A stretch of DNA of 52,729 nucleotides from an uncultured Prevotella sp. GTDB lineage: Bacteria > Bacteroidota > Bacteroidia > Bacteroidales > Bacteroidaceae. Below the pieces are notes generated by a model. That model searched no databases and was not told the origin of the DNA. It saw only the letters and a program-made list of their open reading frames with translations. Made by a program: the position numbers and the translations under genes. This document shows, one piece after another, positions 21,044 to 29,635 of this stretch; position 1 is the stretch's first letter, and each line of letters begins with the position of its first letter. The stretch is taken from NCBI GenBank assembly GCA_946540105.1, contig CAMNIA010000001.1, forward strand, positions 1-52,729. The letters run 5' to 3'.

Positions 21044-22701
21044 AATATATTGCGTGGATATGGCGTAACATGGCTGGCATCAGGTGGAACACCCTGGTGC
21101 GCATCGTTGCCGGCATCTCACAGGTGATGCTGGGACTGTTTATGATATGGCTTAGCAAGCAATTCATAGACATCACTATCCGAACAGGGTCTGACGACGA
21201 CATTATCAAGATGGTTATCATGCTGGTGAGCACTGTGGTGATTGGCATCTTGCTGCGCCAGTTTTATTACTACATGACCACCAAGGCTTCCACTCAGCAG
21301 TCGAATTCCATCCGTCTACGCGTCTTCAGCAGTCTTTTTCGTCGTCAAATGTTTGAAGACCAACTACACTCAGGAGATGTCACCTCACGCCTTTCGAAAG
21401 ATATTGACACCGTAGCGAATGTTACCACAACACTGCTACCGCAATTTGTGGTCACAACCACTCAGTTGACGGGTGCCTTCTTGCTGATGTACTCTATGGA
21501 TGCACGGTTGGCGCTTGTGCTCTTGTTCATCACCCCGCTTGTGGTAGGCTTTGGCAAGATGTTTGCACGTCGTCTTCGCGAGATGACGTTGGACATCCGA
21601 CAACAGGAAAGCATTATCCAAATGCAGGTGCAAGAGGGCATGGAGCACAATGCCGTATTGCGCTCTTTAGGAAGTGAGCAATGGGTAACAGAACGTCTAA
21701 GCAACCAACAAGATCAACTGATGGGGCGTGTTCTCAAGCGCACACGCTTTACTGTCATCAGCCGTCTGTTGCTGGGCTTTACTTTCAGCCTTGGTTATCT
21801 CTTGGCTTTTATCTGGGGCGGGTTGCAACTGCGCAGTGGAGTCATCACCTTTGGCGTGATGACCAGTTTCCTCCAACTCGTTGGTCAGATACAGCACCCC
21901 ATCCTCAACCTTCTCAACATGCTGCCCAGTTTCTTTTACGCCACTGCCAGCATTGACCGTTTGGAAGAATTAGAGCAGTCAGAAGCTAAGGAAGCATTGT
22001 CGAAAGACAAAGAACCGACTCAAGATAAAAATGGTCTGCAGCACCTTTCGCCCTCTTCCGTCATTGGACTTAGCGTACGTCACGTCACGTTTTGCTATGC
22101 CACAGGCGACCGCCCTGTCTTACAAGACTTCAGCCACACCTTCGAACCTGGAAGCAAGACTGCCATTATGGGACCAACAGGAATTGGAAAGACAACGCTA
22201 TTCCGTTTGATTCTAAGTTTCATTGCTCCCAATGCCGGTGAAATCGAGCTTTTCGACACTTCAGGACATCACTTGCCCGTCAATGAAGAGACGCGCCGTC
22301 ACTTCGTTTTCGTGCCTCAAGGTAACACACTGATGAGTGGTTCTGTGCGATACAACTTACAGTTAGCTCGCCCAGAGGCTACCGATGACGAGTTGCGTCA
22401 AGTGCTGCACGTCGCGATGGCGGACTTCGTCTATGAGCTGCCCGACGGCATTGACACTGTATTAGGCGAACGGGGCATCGGGTTAAGCGAAGGTCAGGCC
22501 CAGCGCATTGCTATTGCCCGTGGTCTTCTACGACCTGGAAACATCCTGTTGCTTGACGAGATTAGTTCTTCGCTCGATGAACAGACCGAGCAAACGCTGT
22601 TCAGTCGTCTTTTCGACTTCTGTCATGACAAAACAATGCTCTTCATTACCCACCGTCCTGCCGTCAGCAATTTATGCAACGATGTCATTCGCCTGAAGTA
22701 G
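21040..22701 (+). CDS. ABC exporter, fused TMD-NBD, no C39 peptidase domain
   Basis: Six-TM N-half; Walker A GPTGIGKT, signature LSEGQ, ILLLDE, ITH; ATGA overlap with PqqD. Confidence 0.93.
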   Translation: MKYIAWIWRNMAGIRWNTLVRIVAGISQVMLGLFMIWLSKQFIDITIRTGSDDDIIKMVIMLVSTVVIGILLRQFYYYMTTKASTQQSNSIRLRVFSSLFRRQMFEDQLHSGDVTSRLSKDIDTVANVTTTLLPQFVVTTTQLTGAFLLMYSMDARLALVLLFITPLVVGFGKMFARRLREMTLDIRQQESIIQMQVQEGMEHNAVLRSLGSEQWVTERLSNQQDQLMGRVLKRTRFTVISRLLLGFTFSLGYLLAFIWGGLQLRSGVITFGVMTSFLQLVGQIQHPILNLLNMLPSFFYATASIDRLEELEQSEAKEALSKDKEPTQDKNGLQHLSPSSVIGLSVRHVTFCYATGDRPVLQDFSHTFEPGSKTAIMGPTGIGKTTLFRLILSFIAPNAGEIELFDTSGHHLPVNEETRRHFVFVPQGNTLMSGSVRYNLQLARPEATDDELRQVLHVAMADFVYELPDGIDTVLGERGIGLSEGQAQRIAIARGLLRPGNILLLDEISSSLDEQTEQTLFSRLFDFCHDKTMLFITHRPAVSNLCNDVIRLK

Positions 22702-22752
22702 CTTCCTGTGCTACGCATACAATAAAAAACGGCTTACAGCGTTATTTATATC

Positions 22753-23691
22753 GTGCTTAAGCAAAAAATTACCATAACGCTATGGCTCCTATTGCTAACT
22801 TTGTTTGCTTACGGACAGCAGGAACCGCACTTCGCCCACTATTGGGCGATGGAGCCTTCGTTTAACCCCGCAGCAGCCGGAAAGGCACCTGTCATCAACG
22901 TGACTGGAGCCTACGCCATGACGCTGACGGGTTTTGAGAATGCCCCCAAGACGATGTACGCCGGAGCCGACATGCCCATCCGCCTGTTTAATCATTTTCA
23001 TGGCGTCGGCGTACAGATTATGAGCGACCAGTTAGGTTTGTTCACCCACCAGCGACTGGTATTGCAATACAACTATAAAATGAATTTGCTGGGAGGCACG
23101 CTGAGTACGGGCATTCAGATAGGCATGCTGAGCGAGAAGTTCAAAGGTAGCAGCCTGGATTTGGAAGTATCTGAAGACCCCGTATTTACAAATACCGATG
23201 TCTCTGGAGTCGCCTTTGACGTTTCGGCCGGTCTGTACTATCAGCATCGCGACTGGTATGCCGGCGTCTCCGCCTTACGCCTTACTGCACCTAAAATTGA
23301 CTTGGGTGAACGCTCCATTCTGAGCATTAGCAGAACATATTATTTGACGGGCGGATACAATATTAAGCTCAGAAATCCGTTCATAACAATACACCCCTCT
23401 GTCTTTGGAACGTACGACGGAACGAACTACAGAGTGGATGTGACAGCCCGTGTGAAGTACACGCACGACAAGAAAATGCTCTATGCCGGAGTAGCCTACA
23501 GTCCCAACAACTCTGTCACGGCACTCATCGGCGGAAACTTCCACGGCATAAGTCTGGGCTATGCCTATGAAGCCTACACCTCAGTGCTCAAGCTAGGCAA
23601 CGGCAGCCATGAGATTTTCGTGGGTTACCAGACGACGCTAAACTTCCAGAAGCGAGGGCGTAACAGACATCAAAGTGTGAGAATACTATAA
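22753..23691 (+). CDS. porP: T9SS membrane protein PorP/SprF (GTG start)
   Basis: Signal peptide, QQEPHF.HY....FNPAAAG, GSHEI; directly upstream of porKLMN. Confidence 0.92.
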   Translation: MLKQKITITLWLLLLTLFAYGQQEPHFAHYWAMEPSFNPAAAGKAPVINVTGAYAMTLTGFENAPKTMYAGADMPIRLFNHFHGVGVQIMSDQLGLFTHQRLVLQYNYKMNLLGGTLSTGIQIGMLSEKFKGSSLDLEVSEDPVFTNTDVSGVAFDVSAGLYYQHRDWYAGVSALRLTAPKIDLGERSILSISRTYYLTGGYNIKLRNPFITIHPSVFGTYDGTNYRVDVTARVKYTHDKKMLYAGVAYSPNNSVTALIGGNFHGISLGYAYEAYTSVLKLGNGSHEIFVGYQTTLNFQKRGRNRHQSVRIL

Positions 23692-23696
23692 TAATA

Positions 23697-25154
23697 ATGT
23701 ATATGAAGAAACTAACAAGTATAGTGCTCTGTGCGATGACTTTAGTCTTGCTGTCGGCATGTTTCGGCAGCAAGAAAGCTACGTCAGCGGGCGGAGAAGT
23801 GACAGGCGTGGGCGGTCGCTCCTTCAAGGAGCCAGCCCCCTATGGCATGACGCTGATTAAGCGCGGCCACCTGAAAATGGGTATTGACAAGCAAGACTCC
23901 CTGTGGGGTAAGCAAACGCCTGTAAGAGACATCTCTGTCGAGGGATTCTGGATGGACGAGCGTGAAGTCACCAACTCCATGTACCGTCAGTTCGTGATGT
24001 ATGTGCGCGACTCCATCCTGCGTGAGCGTCTGGCTGACCCCGCATATGGTGGTGACGAGACCTACAAGATTGAGGAGGACAAGAACGGCGACCCCGTGAA
24101 ACCCCACCTGAACTGGAAGAAACAACTGCCGCGTAAGCCTAACGAAGACGAGCAGCGTGCCATCGAGAGCCTCTACACTATGAATCCTGTGACTGGCGAG
24201 CGCATGCTCGATTGGCGACAGATGAACTACCGTTATGAGGTGTATGACTACACGGAGGCTGCTAAGCGTAAGTATCGCCTGACACACGCTGAGCGAGTGC
24301 TGAATACCGACATCCGCGAGAATCCCAATGAGAAGATATGGATTTCTAAGGATACCGCATACATCAACGATGAAGGCCAGATAGTCCGTGAGACCATCAA
24401 CCGCGAACATACGGGTCCTTGGGACTTCCTGAATACCTATATTATAAATATCTATCCCGACACAACATGCTGGGTAAACGATTTCCCCAACGCCGAGAAC
24501 GAGAGTTACATGCGCTATTACTTCTCCAATGCAGCCTATAACGATTATCCTGTCGTGGGTGTGACGTGGGAACAAGCCAATGCCTTCTGTGCTTGGCGTA
24601 CGGAGTATCTACTGCGCGGACTGGGACCTGCGGCACGCTTTGTGCAGCGCTACCGTCTGCCGACTGAAGCCGAATGGGAATATGCCGCACGTGGGAAAGA
24701 CCAGAACGAGTTCCCTTGGGAGAATCAGGACGTCATGAATGGCAATGGCTGCTTCTTTGCCAACTTCAAACCTGACAACGGCAACTACACCAAGGACGGC
24801 AACCTCATCACCAGTCGCACAGGTATCTACTCGGCTAACTCGAACGGTCTCTATGACATGGCGGGCAACGTGGCGGAGTGGTGCTCAACCATCTATACAG
24901 AGGCAGGCGTAGAAGCCATGAACGACATCAACCCGCAGCTGAGCTACAACGCCGCTAAGGAAGACCCCTACCGCCTGAAGAAGAAAAGCGTGCGAGGCGG
25001 CTCGTGGAAAGACCCCGAGAGCTACATCCGTTCCGCTTGGCGCTCCTACGAATACCAGAACCAGCCACGCTCCTACATCGGATTCCGCTGCGTGCGCTCA
25101 CTGGCCAACACCACAAGCGACAAGATGAAAATTAAAAAGGCTAAGAAAAAATAA
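23697..25154 (+). CDS. porK: T9SS lipoprotein PorK/GldK
   Basis: Lipobox LSAC; FGE-sulfatase fold motifs EVTN, YPVVGV, RLPTEAEWEYAARG, DMAGNVAEW, GFRC. Confidence 0.95.
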   Translation: MYMKKLTSIVLCAMTLVLLSACFGSKKATSAGGEVTGVGGRSFKEPAPYGMTLIKRGHLKMGIDKQDSLWGKQTPVRDISVEGFWMDEREVTNSMYRQFVMYVRDSILRERLADPAYGGDETYKIEEDKNGDPVKPHLNWKKQLPRKPNEDEQRAIESLYTMNPVTGERMLDWRQMNYRYEVYDYTEAAKRKYRLTHAERVLNTDIRENPNEKIWISKDTAYINDEGQIVRETINREHTGPWDFLNTYIINIYPDTTCWVNDFPNAENESYMRYYFSNAAYNDYPVVGVTWEQANAFCAWRTEYLLRGLGPAARFVQRYRLPTEAEWEYAARGKDQNEFPWENQDVMNGNGCFFANFKPDNGNYTKDGNLITSRTGIYSANSNGLYDMAGNVAEWCSTIYTEAGVEAMNDINPQLSYNAAKEDPYRLKKKSVRGGSWKDPESYIRSAWRSYEYQNQPRSYIGFRCVRSLANTTSDKMKIKKAKKK

Positions 25155-25171
25155 TCGACAATTGCAAAATT

Positions 25172-25201
25172 GTAAATTGTAAATCGTTAAATTGTAAATC
25201 A
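25172..25201 (+). repeat. 30-nt AAATTGT-based repeat, copy 1 (upstream of porL)
   Basis: GTAAATTGTAAATCGTTAAATTGTAAATCA; 29/30 identical to 26009-26038. Confidence 0.9.
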
Positions 25202-25206
25202 CTACG

Positions 25207-26004
25207 ATGACAACATACAGCAAACTAAACATAGTCTATCGCTTACAGAAGTGGATGGACAGCGTAGCAGGACAAACATTCCTAAATTACGCCTACAGCT
25301 GGGGTGCCTCTATCGTCATCCTGGGTACGCTCTTCAAGTTAACCCACCTGCCTGGAGCTAACTTCTTCCTGTTCCTGGGAATGGGCACCGAGGTGTTCGT
25401 ATTCTTCATCTCTGCCTTCGACCGTCCCTTCGACAAGACAACTGACGGCATGGACCTCGACATCCACATGGACGATGGCGAAGGAGAAGACAGTGCCGCC
25501 AAGGTTGCTCCTGCCGTAGCAGGTGGAGGCACCATCGTCATCGGTGGCGGTGGCGGAAACGTGGACGTCGAATCACAAGGAGTCCGAGGGCTTCGGAGTG
25601 ACAGTCCGGCGGCCTCAGACTCGTCCGAGGGCTTCGGACTCGCAGGCGCACCTATCATTGTCGGCGGTCAGCCTACGGCACCTGTGACGATGGGCGACGA
25701 GTTGAAGGATGCTACGTCTAACTACATCGACGAACTGAACCGTCTGACAGAGATGCTGTCACAGGTTAGCGAGCAGAGCCAGCGCCTGACACGCGACTCT
25801 GAGGAGATGGAGAACCTGAACCGCACACTGACGGGCATCAGCCGCGTCTACGAGATGCAGCTCAAGAGTGCCTCGGCTCAGATTAGCACCATCGATGAAA
25901 TCAATGAGCAGACACGCCATATGGCACAGCAAATCATAGAACTGAATAAGATCTATGCGCGCATGATTGAGGCCATGACCAGCAACATGCCGAAGGTTGG
26001 ATAA
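25207..26004 (+). CDS. porL: T9SS motor protein PorL/GldL
   Basis: YSWGASIVILGTLFKLTH, GMGTEV.VFFISAF two-TM signature with conserved Glu, C-terminal coiled coil. Confidence 0.96.
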   Translation: MTTYSKLNIVYRLQKWMDSVAGQTFLNYAYSWGASIVILGTLFKLTHLPGANFFLFLGMGTEVFVFFISAFDRPFDKTTDGMDLDIHMDDGEGEDSAAKVAPAVAGGGTIVIGGGGGNVDVESQGVRGLRSDSPAASDSSEGFGLAGAPIIVGGQPTAPVTMGDELKDATSNYIDELNRLTEMLSQVSEQSQRLTRDSEEMENLNRTLTGISRVYEMQLKSASAQISTIDEINEQTRHMAQQIIELNKIYARMIEAMTSNMPKVG

Positions 26005-26008
26005 ATAC

Positions 26009-26038
26009 GTAAATTGTAAATCGTCAAATTGTAAATCA
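26009..26038 (+). repeat. 30-nt AAATTGT-based repeat, copy 2 (upstream of porM)
   Basis: GTAAATTGTAAATCGTCAAATTGTAAATCA; 29/30 identical to 25172-25201. Confidence 0.9.
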
Positions 26039-26043
26039 ACAAT

Positions 26044-27609
26044 ATGGCAATCAAGAAAAGACCGGTATCTCCTCGCCAGAAGATGATTAACCTGATGTAC
26101 GTCGTACTGATGGCAATGCTGGCGCTGAACGTCTCCAACGAGGTGCTCAACGGTTTCTCCATTGTTGAGGAAAGCCTAAAGCGCACCACGGAGAATGCCA
26201 CCAAGGAGAACCAGACGATATACGACGACTTTGCCGAACAGATGAAGAAGAACCCGCAGAAGGTGAAGCAGTGGTTCGACAAGTCTCAAAAGGTGAAACA
26301 GATGAGTGACGACCTCTACAACTTGGCGGCCGAACTCAAAATGGCTATCGCACAAGAAGCCGACGGACGTGACGGCGACCCGCAGCACCTGCGCAACAAG
26401 GAAGATCTGGAGGCTGCCAATCAAGTCATGCTGTCACCTAGTCGCGGACGAGGCAAAGAGCTTTACGATGCCATCAACCAGTATCGCGAACAAATGCTGA
26501 AGATGGTAACCGACGAGCACCAGAAGAAGGCGCTGGCTTCGAACCTGACGACGACAATCCCCAAGGGAGAACAGACGCTAGGCAAAAACTGGCAGGAGTA
26601 CATGTTCGAGTCGATGCCCGCAGCAGCTGCCGTCACCTTGCTGAGCAAGCTGCAGAGTGACGTCCGCGACGCTGAAGGCGAGGTGCTTCACACGCTGGTA
26701 AGCAACATCGACGTGAAGGACATCCGCGTCAATTCGCTCAACGCCTTCGTCATACCCAATTCACAAACCATCGTACGTGGCGACAAGTTCTCGGCACGCA
26801 TCGTCATGGCTGCCGTCGATACCACACAGGTTCCGCAGATATTTATCGGCGGCAAGGAGATGGACCTGCCCGGCGGACTCTACGAGACCATCGCCGGACG
26901 CACAGGTGACTTCACCCTGTCAGGCTATATACAGGTAGAGAACGGCAATGGCGAGATGCTGAAGCGTGACTTCGAGCAGAAATACACCGTCGTCGACCCC
27001 TCCGCCACCGTCAGCGCCGACCTGATGAACGTTCTCTACGCCGGTTATAACAACCCGTTGAGTGTCAGCGTGCCTGGCGTACCCGTCAACAAGGTGCAGG
27101 CAAGCATGAGCGGAGGAACCCTGCAGCCCGTAGGTCCTGGTCGCTACATCGCACGTCCCACTGCGGTAGGTCAGAACGTCACCATCACTGTCACCAGCAC
27201 CAACACGGGACGCCCGCAGCAGATGGGACAATTCACCTTCCGAGTACGCCGACTGCCCGACCCCACCCCATACATCGCTATGAAGGACGACAGCGGCAGC
27301 CCCATACGCTATAAAGGCGGCGGACTGTCGAAAGCCCAGCTGATGAGCGTCGACGGCATTGGTGCCGCTATTGACGACGGCATCCTCGACATCGCCTTCA
27401 ACGTACAAAGCTTCGAGACGGTATTCTTCGACAATATGGGTAATGCTGTTCCGATGGTTAGCGACGGCGCACGCTTCTCCGCACGCCAGAAGGACACCTT
27501 CCGAAAGTTGCAGCGCAACCGCCGCTTCTACATCTCAAGAGTCAATGCCGTTGGACCTGACGGCATACAGCGCAAGCTGAATGCCTCGATGGAAGTCATC
27601 GTGAAGTAA
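26044..27609 (+). CDS. porM: T9SS motor protein PorM/GldM
   Basis: SPRQKMINLMY.VL.AMLALNVS signature, MNVLYAG..NP. Confidence 0.97.
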   Translation: MAIKKRPVSPRQKMINLMYVVLMAMLALNVSNEVLNGFSIVEESLKRTTENATKENQTIYDDFAEQMKKNPQKVKQWFDKSQKVKQMSDDLYNLAAELKMAIAQEADGRDGDPQHLRNKEDLEAANQVMLSPSRGRGKELYDAINQYREQMLKMVTDEHQKKALASNLTTTIPKGEQTLGKNWQEYMFESMPAAAAVTLLSKLQSDVRDAEGEVLHTLVSNIDVKDIRVNSLNAFVIPNSQTIVRGDKFSARIVMAAVDTTQVPQIFIGGKEMDLPGGLYETIAGRTGDFTLSGYIQVENGNGEMLKRDFEQKYTVVDPSATVSADLMNVLYAGYNNPLSVSVPGVPVNKVQASMSGGTLQPVGPGRYIARPTAVGQNVTITVTSTNTGRPQQMGQFTFRVRRLPDPTPYIAMKDDSGSPIRYKGGGLSKAQLMSVDGIGAAIDDGILDIAFNVQSFETVFFDNMGNAVPMVSDGARFSARQKDTFRKLQRNRRFYISRVNAVGPDGIQRKLNASMEVIVK

Positions 27610-27653
27610 AGCTATAAAGTAACAGGTACAAAAGAAAAAACAAAGTAAAATAT

Positions 27654-28736
27654 ATGAAGCAGACAAGAATGCATAACTTTAGGTTTAAGGTGGTGGCAAA
27701 GAGTGCCCTGCTCTTTTACCTGCTTGCCTTTCTACCTTTAACTTCTGTGGCACAACCCAAGGCACGCCGCCAGCAACAGGCGCAGCAGCAACAGCAGCAG
27801 AAGACGCAGAACCAGGCAATGACACTGCGCGCCCGACTGATGTATCCCACTGCTATCGACATGCCTGAGGATGTCGTCTGGCGTCGTGACATCTATCGCG
27901 AGATAGACCTCAACAAAGATGCCAATGCAGGACTCTACTACCCCGTGGAGCCGATGGACCGTCAGGTAAACCTTTTCACCTACATCTTCAAACTGGCGCT
28001 GAACAACTACATCCCTGTCTACGAATACCGGCTTGACGGCAACGAGGTGTTCAACGACTCTTCACGCGTACAGATGAAAACGGTGCTGGACAACTACCAC
28101 ATCTTCTATCAGGAGAAGGACGGCAAGCTGCGCGTCGACAACAGCGACATCCCCTCAGCCGAAGTCAAGATGTACTACCTGAAGGAAAGTGCCTACTACG
28201 ACCAGGCTAACGCCACCTTCCACCGCAAGGTCATCTCACTATGCCCCGTCATGCTGCGTGAGGACGACTTTGGCGGCGAAGCTTCGAAATATCCGCTCTT
28301 CTGGGTGAAATACAGCGATGTCGAACCCTTCCTCAGCCGGCAGACGGTGATGACGTCCAATCTCAACAACGCTGCCACCATGTCTATGGAAGACTACTTC
28401 ACGCTGAACCGCTACGACGGAAAAATCTACAAGACCAACAACATGTTGGGGAAAACACTGGCACAGTACTGTCCTAACGATTCGGCTTTGGCCAAAGAGC
28501 AGAAACGCATTGAAGCCGAGTTGAAAGCCTTCGAGCAGAACATCTTTGGCGACAAGGCACGCAAAGACTCGCTGGACTCTATCAGCAAGATGGACCCCAA
28601 AGACCTGAAAGCCCTCAAGAAAGGCAAGACACGTAGGAGCAAAGGCAGCAGTGCCCGCCGACAGAAGTCGCGCTCGAGCAGTTCAGGCAGCTCGTCAGGC
28701 ACCGCCCGTCTCAGCGTCCGTCGCCAGCGACATTAA
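27654..28736 (+). CDS. porN: T9SS ring protein PorN/GldN
   Basis: Signal peptide, DVVWRRDIYR.IDL...N..LYYP, PLFWV; follows porM. Confidence 0.95.
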   Translation: MKQTRMHNFRFKVVAKSALLFYLLAFLPLTSVAQPKARRQQQAQQQQQQKTQNQAMTLRARLMYPTAIDMPEDVVWRRDIYREIDLNKDANAGLYYPVEPMDRQVNLFTYIFKLALNNYIPVYEYRLDGNEVFNDSSRVQMKTVLDNYHIFYQEKDGKLRVDNSDIPSAEVKMYYLKESAYYDQANATFHRKVISLCPVMLREDDFGGEASKYPLFWVKYSDVEPFLSRQTVMTSNLNNAATMSMEDYFTLNRYDGKIYKTNNMLGKTLAQYCPNDSALAKEQKRIEAELKAFEQNIFGDKARKDSLDSISKMDPKDLKALKKGKTRRSKGSSARRQKSRSSSSGSSSGTARLSVRRQRH

Positions 28737-28777
28737 AAAAATATAGTAAAAAGGTTGGAAATGTCATACGAAATGTT

Positions 28778-28785
28778 TAATTTTG
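28778..28785 (+). promoter_or_regulatory. -7 element (TAATTTTG) for the porin gene
   Basis: TAnnTTTG+C 30 nt upstream of ATG 28816. Confidence 0.65.
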
Positions 28786-28815
28786 CGGCATCAACATGTA
28801 AAACCTTTTAATTAA

Positions 28816-29448
28816 ATGCAACACAGTATGAAGAAAGTCTTTGTAATGATGCTGATGGCTGTTGCTTTCGCAATGCCTTCAAACGCACAGATTAAGTTCG
28901 GTCTGCAGGCTGGCTTGAACATGAACAACATCTCAGGAACCAGCGACGTCAAAGGACTTATCGAGAGCCGCACCGGTTTCTTTGTCGGTCCCACGGTGAA
29001 GTTCACCCTGCCCATCATAGGCCTGGCAGTCGACGCTTCTGCCCTCTACGACCAGCGTCAAGGTAAAGCCAAAGAAAGCGACCAGACCATCAAGGCACAA
29101 TCCATCCAGATTCCCATCAACGTACGTTACGGCGTAGGTTTAGGCGACTTGGCAGAAATCTTCCTCTTTGCCGGTCCTCAGTTTGGTTTCAACGTCGGTA
29201 GCGACAAGACACTGTATGAACAAGCCAACGTTGCCAAGAGCACTTGGACGCTGAAGTCCTCGAACTTCAGCCTCAACGTAGGTCTCGGTGCCACCGCGCT
29301 GAGCCACCTGCAGCTGAAGTTGAACTACAACTTTGCATTGGGTAAGACTGGTGAAATCGAAGTAGAGAATCTCGCAAACAAAACCAAGGAGATTATCGGC
29401 GGAGCCAAGGCCAACACCTGGCAGCTTTCATTAGCTTACTTCTTCTAA
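28816..29448 (+). CDS. Outer-membrane beta-barrel (porin family) protein
   Basis: Signal peptide ending NAQ, FG..AGLN, IQIPIN, AGPQFG, C-terminal LAYFF. Confidence 0.88.
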   Translation: MQHSMKKVFVMMLMAVAFAMPSNAQIKFGLQAGLNMNNISGTSDVKGLIESRTGFFVGPTVKFTLPIIGLAVDASALYDQRQGKAKESDQTIKAQSIQIPINVRYGVGLGDLAEIFLFAGPQFGFNVGSDKTLYEQANVAKSTWTLKSSNFSLNVGLGATALSHLQLKLNYNFALGKTGEIEVENLANKTKEIIGGAKANTWQLSLAYFF

Positions 29449-29481
29449 GAACACACAGACCTGACGTCTGACCATAGAGAC

Positions 29482-29521
29482 TTGCGTAGCATTTGTAAAA
29501 ACATTTGCTACGCAATTATTT
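29482..29521 (+). terminator. Probable intrinsic terminator after the porin gene
   Basis: TTGCGTAGCA/TGCTACGCAA 10-bp stem then TTATTT. Confidence 0.6.
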
Positions 29522-29542
29522 GTATTGTATAAAAAAATGCCG

Positions 29543-29550
29543 TATCTTTG
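29543..29550 (+). promoter_or_regulatory. -7 element (TATCTTTG) for the TRL/caspase cassette
   Basis: Exact TAnnTTTG+CA with TTTG about 20 nt upstream. Confidence 0.75.
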
Positions 29551-29635
29551 CACACAACAAATAGAACTTTTTTGGTTGTATCCTGACCAATACTACTAAC
29601 CGCTAGCCCAAAGGATACTTGGAGGCATAAAGAAA

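Noticed and set aside
19427..22701. Lasso-peptide or PQQ biosynthetic cluster
   Set aside because: No asparagine-synthetase-like cyclase, B2 protease, PqqA/B/C/E or precursor ORF is present
27771..27812. CAG/CAA poly-Gln run in porN
   Set aside because: Mixed codons, in-frame low-complexity linker; no evidence for a switch
22753..28736. Gliding-motility locus
   Set aside because: porKLMN/gldKLMN are shared with non-gliding T9SS; no gliding-specific genes in the window
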